Part shown: positions 51,626-60,754 of the stretch, piece by piece
Position numbering within the stretch: the stretch's first letter is position 1
How the letters are laid out: each line of letters starts with the position of its first letter
Origin: Candidatus Bathyarchaeia archaeon
GTDB taxonomy: Archaea > Thermoproteota > Bathyarchaeia > Bathyarchaeales > Bathycorpusculaceae
NCBI GenBank assembly: GCA_050010755.1
Contig: JBEKKK010000004.1
Coordinates: 64,001 to 128,000, forward strand
DNA: 64,000 nucleotides
Reading direction: 5' to 3'
The notes under the pieces: generated by a model
Told to the model about the DNA's origin: nothing
The model's database searches: none
Seen by the model: only the letters and a program-made list of their open reading frames with translations
Position numbers and translations under genes: made by a program

Positions 51626-53317
51626 TTATACACTAGCCTTCACGGTTATCGGGTTCAACCCCTTGAGGTGCTCCCCGCTTACAGGATAGTTTTCGTACTC
51701 AACTGTCCAATACTCTTTGAACCTTCTCTTCATGTCATCGGTTATTCTTGCAGGTTCGGAGACCTCTACGTCAAGCCACATCGTGCGGCCGTCAACGTGC
51801 TTGAGAACCGCGCCGTCCCTGACAACAAGCTCTCCTCCTTTTATGGTGTAGGCGGCGCGTCTGAACGCTCTTCTCACGGTTCTGTACTTTCTTGAAATGT
51901 CGGTTGTTTCGGGGTTTACGTTGTAAACGGCCACGTCAGCGTCGGCTCCTACGCCTAGATGTCCCTTGTTCTTCAGACCTAGGGCCCTGGCTTGTCCCGC
52001 CCTCGTCACAGTTGCGATTTCGTAGAGGCTTAGCTCCCGATCAATCGACGGCAGAAGGCTTCGGCTGCGCGCCCGAGCGTTGATTCTCTTCAAGCTTGCT
52101 TCTCTCGCTTTCTTGCTTATGAGCCAAGCGATAATCTTCGGATAAGCCGTGAAAGGCCCCCCGTTAGGATGGTCTGTCGTCATCAATATTCTCCAAGGAT
52201 CCTTGATGAGGAGGGCCAGTTCTAGGCCGATGGACCACTGGACCGCATGAACGTAGCTTTTACGATGGTAACGGAAAGGCACGATGCCCCCGCTTGTCTC
52301 GGTTTCCACATCATGGTTCACCCACTTGTTCCCGGTGAGTCCATAAAGCGCGTATTGGAATGGGCCGTCAGCGGTCATGGTTGTCGTGTCCGTGAATATT
52401 ACTTGACCCATATCCATAGTCGCGTGAATGTGACCGTTCATGTAGGTTGCTATCTCTTCTGCTCCTGACTCCAGTGTTCTCCAGTCATCGCCCTTGAATG
52501 CGCTGAATTGACAGTGCGTCAAATGAATTACGGGCTTGTCTCCGGTTGCTAGGTCTTCGACGCACTTCAGAGTTTCTAGGGCGGTTGTGTAGTTTCCCGG
52601 CTTTCCGAGGTTGTTTGCGTGAACGTGAATTGTGTGTGGAAGGTTCAGGAGTTTGTTTGCTTTACACAGCCCGCGGATGATCTCTCGCGGCGTCGTACAG
52701 AAGTGAGGGACCTGATCGTCCAGATCTTTGACGTTTTGGCCGAAGCCCCAAGCTTCAAGTCCACCTGGGTTGACGATTTTTATGGCATACCCTTTCGTCG
52801 AACTCATAATCCAAGCGATGTGTCTCGCGCATTCCTCGATTTTTCCTTGGGCCAAGTATTCAAGTGCGAACCACCAGTCGCCCAGAAGCGGGTAAGAAGC
52901 CTTGTCAAGCATCGGGGTGTCGTTTAACTCTTCGTGTGTGTGCTTCGCCTCCAGAGGCGGCATAGATGGGTTCATTATCGTCGTGTACCCCATTCTGGCG
53001 TAGCGGTAGCCCGTGGTGAACGTCGAAGGAATAGAACGACCGACTCCAGCCCTCGTCACTGACGTTTTTGATTCAAAATCTCTGAAGTGGTCTTCGGGCC
53101 TCAGAAGTCTCCCTGTGTTGACCTCCGAGCCAGCGATGTGAGTGTGAATATCAACGCCGCCGGGCATAACAGTCATTCCAGAGGCATCGATCTTTCTTGC
53201 TCTTCTTGCGCTGACGCTTTCGACGATTTTTCCATCTCTGATGGCGATGTCCATCTTTTCGCCGTTGACACCGTTCAGTGGGTCGTAGACGAAGCCGTTC
53301 TTTATTAGAAGCTCCAT
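51626..53317 (-). CDS. fwdA: Formylmethanofuran dehydrogenase subunit A
   Basis: DIHTHIAG, RPEDH, KIVNPGG, TTDHPNGGPF. Confidence 0.96.
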   Translation of the reverse strand: MELLIKNGFVYDPLNGVNGEKMDIAIRDGKIVESVSARRARKIDASGMTVMPGGVDIHTHIAGSEVNTGRLLRPEDHFRDFESKTSVTRAGVGRSIPSTFTTGYRYARMGYTTIMNPSMPPLEAKHTHEELNDTPMLDKASYPLLGDWWFALEYLAQGKIEECARHIAWIMSSTKGYAIKIVNPGGLEAWGFGQNVKDLDDQVPHFCTTPREIIRGLCKANKLLNLPHTIHVHANNLGKPGNYTTALETLKCVEDLATGDKPVIHLTHCQFSAFKGDDWRTLESGAEEIATYMNGHIHATMDMGQVIFTDTTTMTADGPFQYALYGLTGNKWVNHDVETETSGGIVPFRYHRKSYVHAVQWSIGLELALLIKDPWRILMTTDHPNGGPFTAYPKIIAWLISKKAREASLKRINARARSRSLLPSIDRELSLYEIATVTRAGQARALGLKNKGHLGVGADADVAVYNVNPETTDISRKYRTVRRAFRRAAYTIKGGELVVRDGAVLKHVDGRTMWLDVEVSEPARITDDMKRRFKEYWTVEYENYPVSGEHLKGLNPITVKASV

Positions 53318-54781
53318 TCACTTCACCTCTGTTGGGAGTTTCTTTCTCTTTTTCACTTTCCTTACCTCCAGCAGCAGTCTTCTCAGAATTTCCTCGTCCG
53401 ACAAAACCCCTCTGGGAGGTTCAACAACTTTCTTGAGCGGAAGAGGCACGTGATCCATGCGGTAGGCTGTTCCACTAGCTTCTATTCCAACGAAGGCCGA
53501 GGGGAATACGATGTCAGCCATCTGGCTCGTCGCGTTCATGTGTGGATCTATGGCTATCAGGGGATTGTTCACCAGGTGTTCAGCTGCTTTTCTTGGAAAG
53601 TTTGAAACGGGGTCTGAAGCGATTACTAACGCCGCATCTGATTCTTTCCGCAGGAGAACATCGATGGCGGAGGTCTCTCCAGGATTGTACCTCGGATAGC
53701 CCAAGGAAAAATCAACTGCGTAGGGGTAGCCCGTCTGCCACAGGAAAACCGTGTCTGCGCCCGAGACGTTGAAGTGTCCTCGCATGGGCATTATGACGAA
53801 TTTGGTTCTTGCGTTTAGATCGCGAGCTAAGTGCAACGCCGCGTCTACATTCCGCAGTTTGCCCTTGCTCATGGTAAGTCCAAGACCGAAAAAGATGACT
53901 CCGAAATTGCAGCCGACCATTGCTTCAGAGACTTCTTCCAAGTATTCAACGGGCACGCCAGCGACCTTGTCGGTCTCTATTTCTTGATCCCGAATCAGAG
54001 CTCTGAAGGCTTGCAGAAGCTCATAATCCTTGTTGGGTTCAACCTGAATGAAGTAGTCGGCGATTTCTGCCGTTCTGGTCTTTCTGACGTCTATCACTAT
54101 CAGTTTTCTGCCGGCTTTCAGGATTGCGGGACAGGGTCCGCGTTCAACTGGCGTTGATGAGACGGAAATTTTCTTTTTTGGCGAAACTTGTCTCAGTGCA
54201 CTCTCGACTTTTTTCTTTGCCGTTGCGGCCTTGGTTCTTGTGACGTAGGATCTCCATTCGCTTCTCTCAAACTTTCCTTCAGATAGCGTCGTATACCTCT
54301 CTATGTGTCGGGGATGAGCACTCCAGGGGTTGCTTCCCCAATAGATAACTAGATCCGCCCTGTGTCTTATCTGCCCCAACGTGCATGAAGCAATGCCAAC
54401 GTCCTGAATGCCCAAGACTGAAGGGCCGTGGCACACGGTTGACGTGTTGTCAATTACTCCTCCAACCTCCTCGGCGAGTTCGATGCCCACGCGTGTGGCT
54501 TCGCAGCTCGTGGAACTCCAACCATAGAGGAGGGGATAGTCTGCGTCAGCAAGAACTTCGGCAGCTTTGACGAGGGCTTCCCTGAAGGGCACTTCGACGA
54601 GTGTTCCGCTCTTTCTGATGAGCGGCTTCGGAAGCCGGTGTCCACTGTAACCTAAGAATTTAGATTCGCACATTGAACAGCCGTTCTTGACTTTGACAAT
54701 TCTCTTGTTCTTGATTGTCAGCTCTATGTCGTCGCAGAGACTTCCACAAACTGGACAGGTTACAGCCCTTACAATCGGCAT
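53318..54781 (-). CDS. fwdB: Formylmethanofuran dehydrogenase subunit B
   Basis: CPVCGSLCDD, VCHGPS (Cys, not Sec), HPRH, MRGHFNV, GTAYRMD. Confidence 0.95.
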   Translation of the reverse strand: MPIVRAVTCPVCGSLCDDIELTIKNKRIVKVKNGCSMCESKFLGYSGHRLPKPLIRKSGTLVEVPFREALVKAAEVLADADYPLLYGWSSTSCEATRVGIELAEEVGGVIDNTSTVCHGPSVLGIQDVGIASCTLGQIRHRADLVIYWGSNPWSAHPRHIERYTTLSEGKFERSEWRSYVTRTKAATAKKKVESALRQVSPKKKISVSSTPVERGPCPAILKAGRKLIVIDVRKTRTAEIADYFIQVEPNKDYELLQAFRALIRDQEIETDKVAGVPVEYLEEVSEAMVGCNFGVIFFGLGLTMSKGKLRNVDAALHLARDLNARTKFVIMPMRGHFNVSGADTVFLWQTGYPYAVDFSLGYPRYNPGETSAIDVLLRKESDAALVIASDPVSNFPRKAAEHLVNNPLIAIDPHMNATSQMADIVFPSAFVGIEASGTAYRMDHVPLPLKKVVEPPRGVLSDEEILRRLLLEVRKVKKRKKLPTEVK

Positions 54782-54782
54782 T

Positions 54783-55190
54783 TTATCCCTTCCCGAACTG
54801 CTCTCTGAGAAGTTCACTCAAGCCGAGAACCGCTTTATCAGGAGCAGCCTCGATTTCCGCTGGAATGCCCTTTAGAGAAGGCATGCCGACGCTGTCAGTT
54901 TCCGTGCTGACGACTCTGTTTGCCCAGACACCATAAGGAATAAAAATTACGCCCGTATGTGGTCCTCTCGGAGATTTCAAGGCCTTAAGAATCACGGAAC
55001 CATTGTCTGTCGAAACACGAACATTGGTTCCTCCTCGTATCCCAAGCTTCTTCATATCCACAGGGTCAACGTAGCAAACCGCAACACTTTTAAAATAATC
55101 TTCCGAAGCCTTCCCACGTTCTTTGCCCACACCCTGCTCTATCGTTCGCCCAGTCAACAAAGTAACCTTAAGCTTCGAATTCATTTCCAT
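54783..55190 (-). CDS. fwdD: Formylmethanofuran dehydrogenase subunit D
   Basis: LLTGRTIEQG, FIPYGVWAN, GMPSLKG. Confidence 0.93.
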   Translation of the reverse strand: MEMNSKLKVTLLTGRTIEQGVGKERGKASEDYFKSVAVCYVDPVDMKKLGIRGGTNVRVSTDNGSVILKALKSPRGPHTGVIFIPYGVWANRVVSTETDSVGMPSLKGIPAEIEAAPDKAVLGLSELLREQFGKG

Positions 55191-55453
55191 CCTTCGACCA
55201 CAGCTTAACCATCTATACTGAAGCTTGAAAACCCCTTTCAAGTTAATTCTGACTATTCAATCCGACTAGTTGATGCGCTGAATCAAAGATTCTCCTACGC
55301 ATTCCAACAAATTAAACTTGCCGTCAGATAATGCGAGAAACAGTCATTGAAGTTGATAATTTCGAAAAACAGGCCTTCCGGATTCTGCCAGGTCATTCTA
55401 GACACCTGGCCACTCGTAACCTCAACTATTTGTCCATTGGCAAACCATGAAGA

Positions 55454-55936
55454 CTACAGGTAAGGTCCAAAAACAAAAGGATTTCCCGTGCCTTGGTTTG
55501 TCAGCCGTACTTGGATTGCGGTTTCTATGAATATATAGGCCATTAGCGCCAAGGCCAATCCGATTATTAGCAGCACGTAGGCCTTTCTGGGCTTGTAGAC
55601 ATAACTTGTGCTTCGATGCATCGCCAGTAGTCCGATCGCTCCCAGAGAATAGGCAATTGCGACGAGCATGCTGTCGCTCAAGAATTGTTCGGGACCGGAT
55701 GGAGCGCCAATGACATACCCGAATGGGAAGAAACCCGCCACTGGTGGCCTCAGGATCAAATCATATACACCACCCGCGAAGAGAAAGACAGCAAGAGCAA
55801 TCGCTAATGTTGGCACGACGAGACTCGACCAATTAACAGTTGTGATTGCCCGATTTATCCTCAATGCTATTTTATGAAAAATCTTCCTGACCCAGAAGGA
55901 CATTGAAGAAAAACCCCTTTTAACAGTTCCGCTCAT
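55454..55936 (-). CDS. Three-TM protein resembling OSTC/DC2 (OST3/OST6 family)
   Basis: FLFAGGVYDLILRPP...EQFLSDSML...SLGAIGLL resembles the recalled DC2 pattern FLITGGIIYDVIVEPP...QYIMEGL...TMGGLGF. Confidence 0.6.
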   Translation of the reverse strand: MSGTVKRGFSSMSFWVRKIFHKIALRINRAITTVNWSSLVVPTLAIALAVFLFAGGVYDLILRPPVAGFFPFGYVIGAPSGPEQFLSDSMLVAIAYSLGAIGLLAMHRSTSYVYKPRKAYVLLIIGLALALMAYIFIETAIQVRLTNQGTGNPFVFGPYL

Positions 55937-56289
55937 AATTGATTCTCCGCTTCAATCAAACGCTGGGCCATCTTCTCCTTCACGCTTGTCCAAAGATTCT
56001 ACGCAATCTCCCTATAATAATCTTGTTAATTGCGATTTTGATTGATTCTGTGGTGCTTTTTTATTAATTTGATGCGTTTATCCAGTTTATTAGCTGACAA
56101 AAGAATATGGGAACGCAAGCAAAAAATAGCCTGACAGAAAACGTTGTTTCCGAAGTCATTTGCGTCGAGAAAAGAGTACACTCCAACCCTGAGGTATGCA
56201 CGGCATCACACCCGAGAACATAGATTGATAATCACTCCATAACCTTATGAAAGGTCGAAAGTGATACTGTTTGAGACGGCGAATAGATG

Positions 56290-57322
56290 GATGAAAGCTC
56301 GAGAAGGCGATTTGATAGAAAGTGAAGCTAACCTGATTTTCGATGTCAAAGGCCTAGTCCACCCTCCTAATCGAGTCGTCGCCTTCATCCGTTATTTTCC
56401 AGACGAGAAAGGCAACAGAACGAGGGAAGGGAAGCATTTTGGCAAGGTCTATTCTCTTCCGAGAAGATACGCACTCTTGAAGGAAAGGTTCCCCGGATAC
56501 CTTGTCTATGACCCTGTTTTTGATGAAACTCTGTGCGAAGTCCCAGCCGAAAATGTCAAAGAAATCTACAAGCCAGCTGACAAGCTTCAGGAACTGCGCA
56601 AGTCCAAAAATCTGGATCCGGTTCAGGACAAGGCCCTCCGATTTGCCGAACTCTTGAAAGAAAGCGCAGGTATCAAGTGGAATAACTTGGGGATTTCAGG
56701 TTCCATCATGGTTGGACTTCACACGGCAGAGTCGGACATCGATCCTGTCGTTTATGGCTCGGAAAACTGCAGGAAAGTGTATTCGGCATTGAAGAGCATG
56801 TTCGAAAACGGGAACGAATCCGTCAAGGCTTATTCAAAGAAGGATATGAAAGCGTTGTTCGACTTTCGTTCGAAGGATACTGCAATAGGGTTCGAAGACT
56901 TCGTACGAATGGAATCGAGGAAAGTGATGGAAGGCAAATTCGACGCAACGGACTATTTTGTCCGCTTCGTGAAAGACTGGAATGAAATTGACGAAAACTA
57001 CGGGGATGTTCAATACAAGAACGTCGGCAACGCGAGGATAGAAGCCACCGTAATCGATGATTCAGAATCAACGTTTACCCCATGCACCTACAAGGTCGAA
57101 AATGTCAAGCTGCTCGAAGGATCGAAAGTCGACCACATCGAGGAAATTGCGTCTTTTCGAGGCAGATTCTGTGAACAAGCCAAAGAAGGCGAAACCGTGT
57201 TGGCACAGGGAAAGGTCGAATGCGTCACACTTCGAAGGAAAAATAGTGAACATTTTAGACTCTTAGTCGGAGGCAGGCTTACGGACCATATCGTTCTGAA
57301 GCATCGAGTCCATTCGAGCTAG
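56290..57322 (+). CDS. Predicted Pol-beta-superfamily nucleotidyltransferase (COG1665-like), paralog 1
   Basis: REGD...FDVKGLVHPP; GISGSIMVGLHTAESDIDPVVYG. Confidence 0.8.
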
Positions 57323-57397
57323 CGAGTTCCCGTCTTCAACTGCGAGCGGGTATAGCATATTCCAGGCGGGGCATTTGAGAGAATGTGCAGGAGTGTT

Positions 57398-58471
57398 TCA
57401 CATTCTGGCTACTTTCAGAACCTGTTCATAATATCTTGGACAATAGGTCAACGCTATTTGGAAGCATTGGTCCTTGTCGCCAGTGACTTCTTCGAGATTT
57501 CCTTCGACGTAGATGGTTTCGTCTCTGAAAGCTTGCATTCGGAATTCTTCCACGTAAGAGATAACTCGTTTGACTTGTTGAGCTTGTCTTACTCCCTCGA
57601 GGATTTTCAACGGTTCGATGTTGTAGACTGATGGAATGAACGGAGCGTCCCTATCATCTCTTATTCGAGCAAACAGCTTTACCCAGCCTCGCTGCAGGAT
57701 CTTGTTCGCAGGGTTGTACTCGTTGCGTATCTCTTTCCAATCTTTCACTGGTTCAAACTCCGTCTTTATTGTCCTTGCAGTTCCCTTGTTTTCGAGTAAT
57801 GAATAGATGAGTTTCCTCTGCTGATGCCACAGGAATTCCTTCGGAGTGAAGTTTCGAAATCGCCACACCTTTCCACTTATCGACTTGTTTGTTTCAAATT
57901 CGTTCCGAAGCAGAGAGGACTTGGCCGTGTACAATTCGCCTAGTGTTTTGCGCAGTCTCGCCATGTTTTTTTCACCATAAACTGTGAGGTCGATATCCGA
58001 GAATTCAGGGTGATAGAAACCGTGAAGCATCGACCCGAACACGCCAAAGTTCTTAGTTGACAAACCAGACTGCTCCGTTGTAGTGTCCAAGACGTTGCCC
58101 ATTGCTGCAAGAAGGCTGTCCTTGGGTTCGGTTTGAATCAGTTTTGCAAGCACTCTTTCGGGCTTTCGAATGTTTCTGATGTCATGGTTTTTGACGCCTA
58201 CGACTTTCTTCTGGAGCATTTCGTGCAGAACCATGTACTGTGGATAGCTCTTTTCCAAGAACTTCCAACCTTCATCTTCGTAGAACTTGTAGAAGACACG
58301 TTGCCCTTTTTTTCTGAATGCTTTGGGGTTATCGGATTTGAACACGGCTGCGGGTGCGTATTCAGCATCGCACGCATGGGCATCTGGCGGGTGTGAGTAT
58401 CCAAACACTCTGAATATGAGGCCTTCGTCAGTGACGATTGCGTCGCGGTCTCTCAGTTTTGAAGTGGCCAA
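57398..58471 (-). CDS. Predicted nucleotidyltransferase (COG1665-like), paralog 2
   Basis: RDRD...[10 protein letters not shown]; [24 protein letters not shown]. Confidence 0.8.
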   Translation of the reverse strand: MATSKLRDRDAIVTDEGLIFRVFGYSHPPDAHACDAEYAPAAVFKSDNPKAFRKKGQRVFYKFYEDEGWKFLEKSYPQYMVLHEMLQKKVVGVKNHDIRNIRKPERVLAKLIQTEPKDSLLAAMGNVLDTTTEQSGLSTKNFGVFGSMLHGFYHPEFSDIDLTVYGEKNMARLRKTLGELYTAKSSLLRNEFETNKSISGKVWRFRNFTPKEFLWHQQRKLIYSLLENKGTARTIKTEFEPVKDWKEIRNEYNPANKILQRGWVKLFARIRDDRDAPFIPSVYNIEPLKILEGVRQAQQVKRVISYVEEFRMQAFRDETIYVEGNLEEVTGDKDQCFQIALTYCPRYYEQVLKVARM

Positions 58472-59475
58472 ATGTGCTCCTCCTCGCTGATGGCCGTTCC
58501 GACTACGACCTGATAAAAAACTTGGCCCGTTTCGACGTTTTTTGCTCGCTCCAGCATTCCTGAAACGCCAATCCTCTCCCCTCTTCGGGCAACGTTACGG
58601 TAGCAACCAATCATTGAAACAACAGTTTCCGGAACCTTACCTTCGCTAAGCTCTCCCGCTTCTACCACGTCGTAGTCCCCGATTCTGTAAGTGGCAGGTC
58701 GAAACATCGCTTCAGCATCGTCCTGAACCCTGCAGGTGAATTCCACAGGAGTCACGGCGTCATATTGCAGTTTGCCGTATTCTCCTCTGATTTCTTCGGG
58801 TCTCCGAATTGCGTTGTACATGAAAACCTTGTTCAGGTATTTTCCCTTATAGCGGCGACACGCATCTAAACGGTTGCTGAACTTGTAGCTCAGCTTGCCA
58901 TTTTCAACGAGTCTGTTTATCGTTGCTTCCAGCACGCGAAAGTTTTTCGCCCCGTAAACGACGAGGTCTATGTCCGATTTTGAAGTGTGCATGTTTAAGG
59001 CCACTGAGCCATGGAGACCGAAATCTTCCAACCCTATTTCTGATTCGGTCGACAGCAAATCAACAAGGTTTAAGCTCATCTTTTGCATGTTATCCTTGGT
59101 TTCAAGCCTGGCCAGATCACGTAGACAGTCCCTAGGAATGAATACCTTCTCGATAGAATCTAGTGGCGCGCTTATGATATCCTTTCTTCTGAAGGGGCAA
59201 TAGTAAACGTAGTCTGGGAAGTTATTTCGAAAGGTCTCCAGAAATGTCTGGTAGTTTTTTGCAGTGTACAGGTTTTCAGCTCGGAACAGCTTCTGCTCTT
59301 CATAGGTCCATGTGTTCTCTAAGTATTCGACGTTGAACAGCTTCTGAAAGGTAGCTGGGATGTATTTGAGGAAGGCGAAAACTCTTTTGGAGGGGTGCTC
59401 GTACCCGAAAACGTTGAAGATGAACCCGTCTCGGGTCGTGAAGGTATCTCCGTCTTCGGGAATCCAACGTTTCAG
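58453..59475 (-). CDS. Predicted nucleotidyltransferase (COG1665-like), paralog 3, probable non-canonical start
   Basis: Frame open to 59481; [10 protein letters not shown]...FNVFGYEHP matches paralog N-termini; [23 protein letters not shown]. Confidence 0.8.
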   Translation of the reverse strand: MKRWIPEDGDTFTTRDGFIFNVFGYEHPSKRVFAFLKYIPATFQKLFNVEYLENTWTYEEQKLFRAENLYTAKNYQTFLETFRNNFPDYVYYCPFRRKDIISAPLDSIEKVFIPRDCLRDLARLETKDNMQKMSLNLVDLLSTESEIGLEDFGLHGSVALNMHTSKSDIDLVVYGAKNFRVLEATINRLVENGKLSYKFSNRLDACRRYKGKYLNKVFMYNAIRRPEEIRGEYGKLQYDAVTPVEFTCRVQDDAEAMFRPATYRIGDYDVVEAGELSEGKVPETVVSMIGCYRNVARRGERIGVSGMLERAKNVETGQVFYQVVVGTAISEEEHIWPLQN

Positions 59476-59585
59476 GTCCGTCTAAGGCGCCTCGACATGA
59501 TGTCGTTCGGAGTGACAAAAAAACCTATCGCAGAAAGCCATAACGCTTTAAGCAGGAGGACACTAAAGCAAATTTGCGTGATTAA

Positions 59586-60077
59586 TTGAACAGCAACTTA
59601 CATCCCTATGTAGTTTTTCTTCCTTCTGAACATAAGGTCAAGGTTCTGAGCGCCATCTTCGGTTCAAAAGCGGCTGTCGACATACTGAAATTCTCGCTCA
59701 AGCAGGGCATTTCGAACAAGATTTACCAGGGCGACCTCGTGAGGAAATTAGAATTTTCGAACAAGACCGTTATCGAAAACCTGAAGTCGCTGACCAAGCT
59801 TGGAATATTAACCGAGAAAATGGAGAAAACCGAGAAGAATGGCCGTATCACGTGGGTCAAAGCCTATCAGCTCGAGAGTGCGGGAAAATGGTTTGCACTC
59901 TTGTTAGCTGAAGAAAGAGAACTGTCCGACAAGGAGAAGGCGGAAATATTCCAAAGCCTCTTCAGAACCTACCTGCGATGGTCGAAGGATCTCTCCAAGA
60001 AACTGAACATAGATCTCAAAACGCTGGAAAGAGTCTTCACAGAAGAAATGCAGCGAACACAGGCGCGTGAGGCTTGA
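59586..60077 (+). CDS. Winged-helix putative transcription regulator
   Basis: YQGDLVRKLEFSNKTVIENLKSLTKLGIL. Confidence 0.75.
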   Translation: MNSNLHPYVVFLPSEHKVKVLSAIFGSKAAVDILKFSLKQGISNKIYQGDLVRKLEFSNKTVIENLKSLTKLGILTEKMEKTEKNGRITWVKAYQLESAGKWFALLLAEERELSDKEKAEIFQSLFRTYLRWSKDLSKKLNIDLKTLERVFTEEMQRTQAREA

Positions 60078-60601
60078 AGGTGATTGCCATCGGTGTAGTG
60101 GGCGGAAAAAAAACAGGAAAGACCACTACTATTGAGATTTTAACGAGGGAACTCACAAAGAGAGGCTACAAGATTGCAGTGGCCAAACACATTCCGGAGC
60201 CTAATTTTACGCTGGATACAGAACGGAAGGATACATGGCGCTTCGTTCAATCAGGTGCCAAGACGGTGGTCGCCGCATCGGCAGGCGAGATAGCAACCAT
60301 AGAGAAGACTCGCGCAAACCTCTCCCTGAAAGAGATTCTTAAGAGATGTAGAGGCAACGACATAGTTTTCCTAGAAGGCTTCAGAAAACTCTTGGCTGAG
60401 AACAGAAACATACACAAGATTGTCGTTGCAGAATCCGCCCGAGATATCAAAGAAGCGAGTGAGATGTTTATGCCCGTACTGGTCTTCACAGGACCCTACT
60501 CGCCCGAGGAACCTCACCCTGAAATCCCGTTCATAGACGTACTTAAACATGGCGAAGAAATAGCTGATCTCGTGGAAAAAATAGTCGGAAAAAAGGGGTA
60601 A
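60074..60601 (+). CDS. mobB: Molybdopterin-guanine dinucleotide biosynthesis protein B
   Basis: GGKKTGKTT, AKH, KDTWRF, FLEGFR. Confidence 0.9.
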   Translation: MKVIAIGVVGGKKTGKTTTIEILTRELTKRGYKIAVAKHIPEPNFTLDTERKDTWRFVQSGAKTVVAASAGEIATIEKTRANLSLKEILKRCRGNDIVFLEGFRKLLAENRNIHKIVVAESARDIKEASEMFMPVLVFTGPYSPEEPHPEIPFIDVLKHGEEIADLVEKIVGKKG

Positions 60602-60604
60602 CAT

Positions 60605-60728
60605 GAGTCATGTTGACGCTAGGCTGTGGGGCTTGGAGATATTATCTGAGGGGAGATGGGAGAAAGGAGATATTCCTAAAACGTAAGGTAACTCTCCAAA
60701 CCTTTCCACCCTGCGTTTCAACATGCTC
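60605..60728 (-). ncRNA. Long hairpin with bulge-helix-bulge motif downstream of cdvC
   Basis: GAG-CATGTTGA-AA-CGCAGG-GTGG-AAA-GGTTTGGAGA ... TCTCCAAGCC-CCAC-AGC-CTAGCG-TCAACATG-A-CTC. Confidence 0.6.
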
Positions 60729-60754
60729 CTGTCACGCGACTTGTATTCATCCTC

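Noticed and set aside
53318-54781. Selenocysteine in FwdB
   Set aside because: The active site reads VCHGP with a Cys codon; no in-frame TGA
49822-55190. Methanogenesis as the meaning of fwd/mch
   Set aside because: No mcr or mtr in the window; these genes are standard for the H4MPT Wood-Ljungdahl branch in non-methanogens and are not novel
59482-59520. Pyrrolysine/TAG read-through to extend nucleotidyltransferase 3
   Set aside because: Homology to the paralogs begins after the TAG and no pyl genes are present in the window
60608-60724. 38-aa minus-strand ORF MLKRRVERFGELPY... across the hairpin
   Set aside because: SD only 1 nt from the ATG and no recognisable domain; the extensive base pairing explains the sequence better, though translation is not excluded
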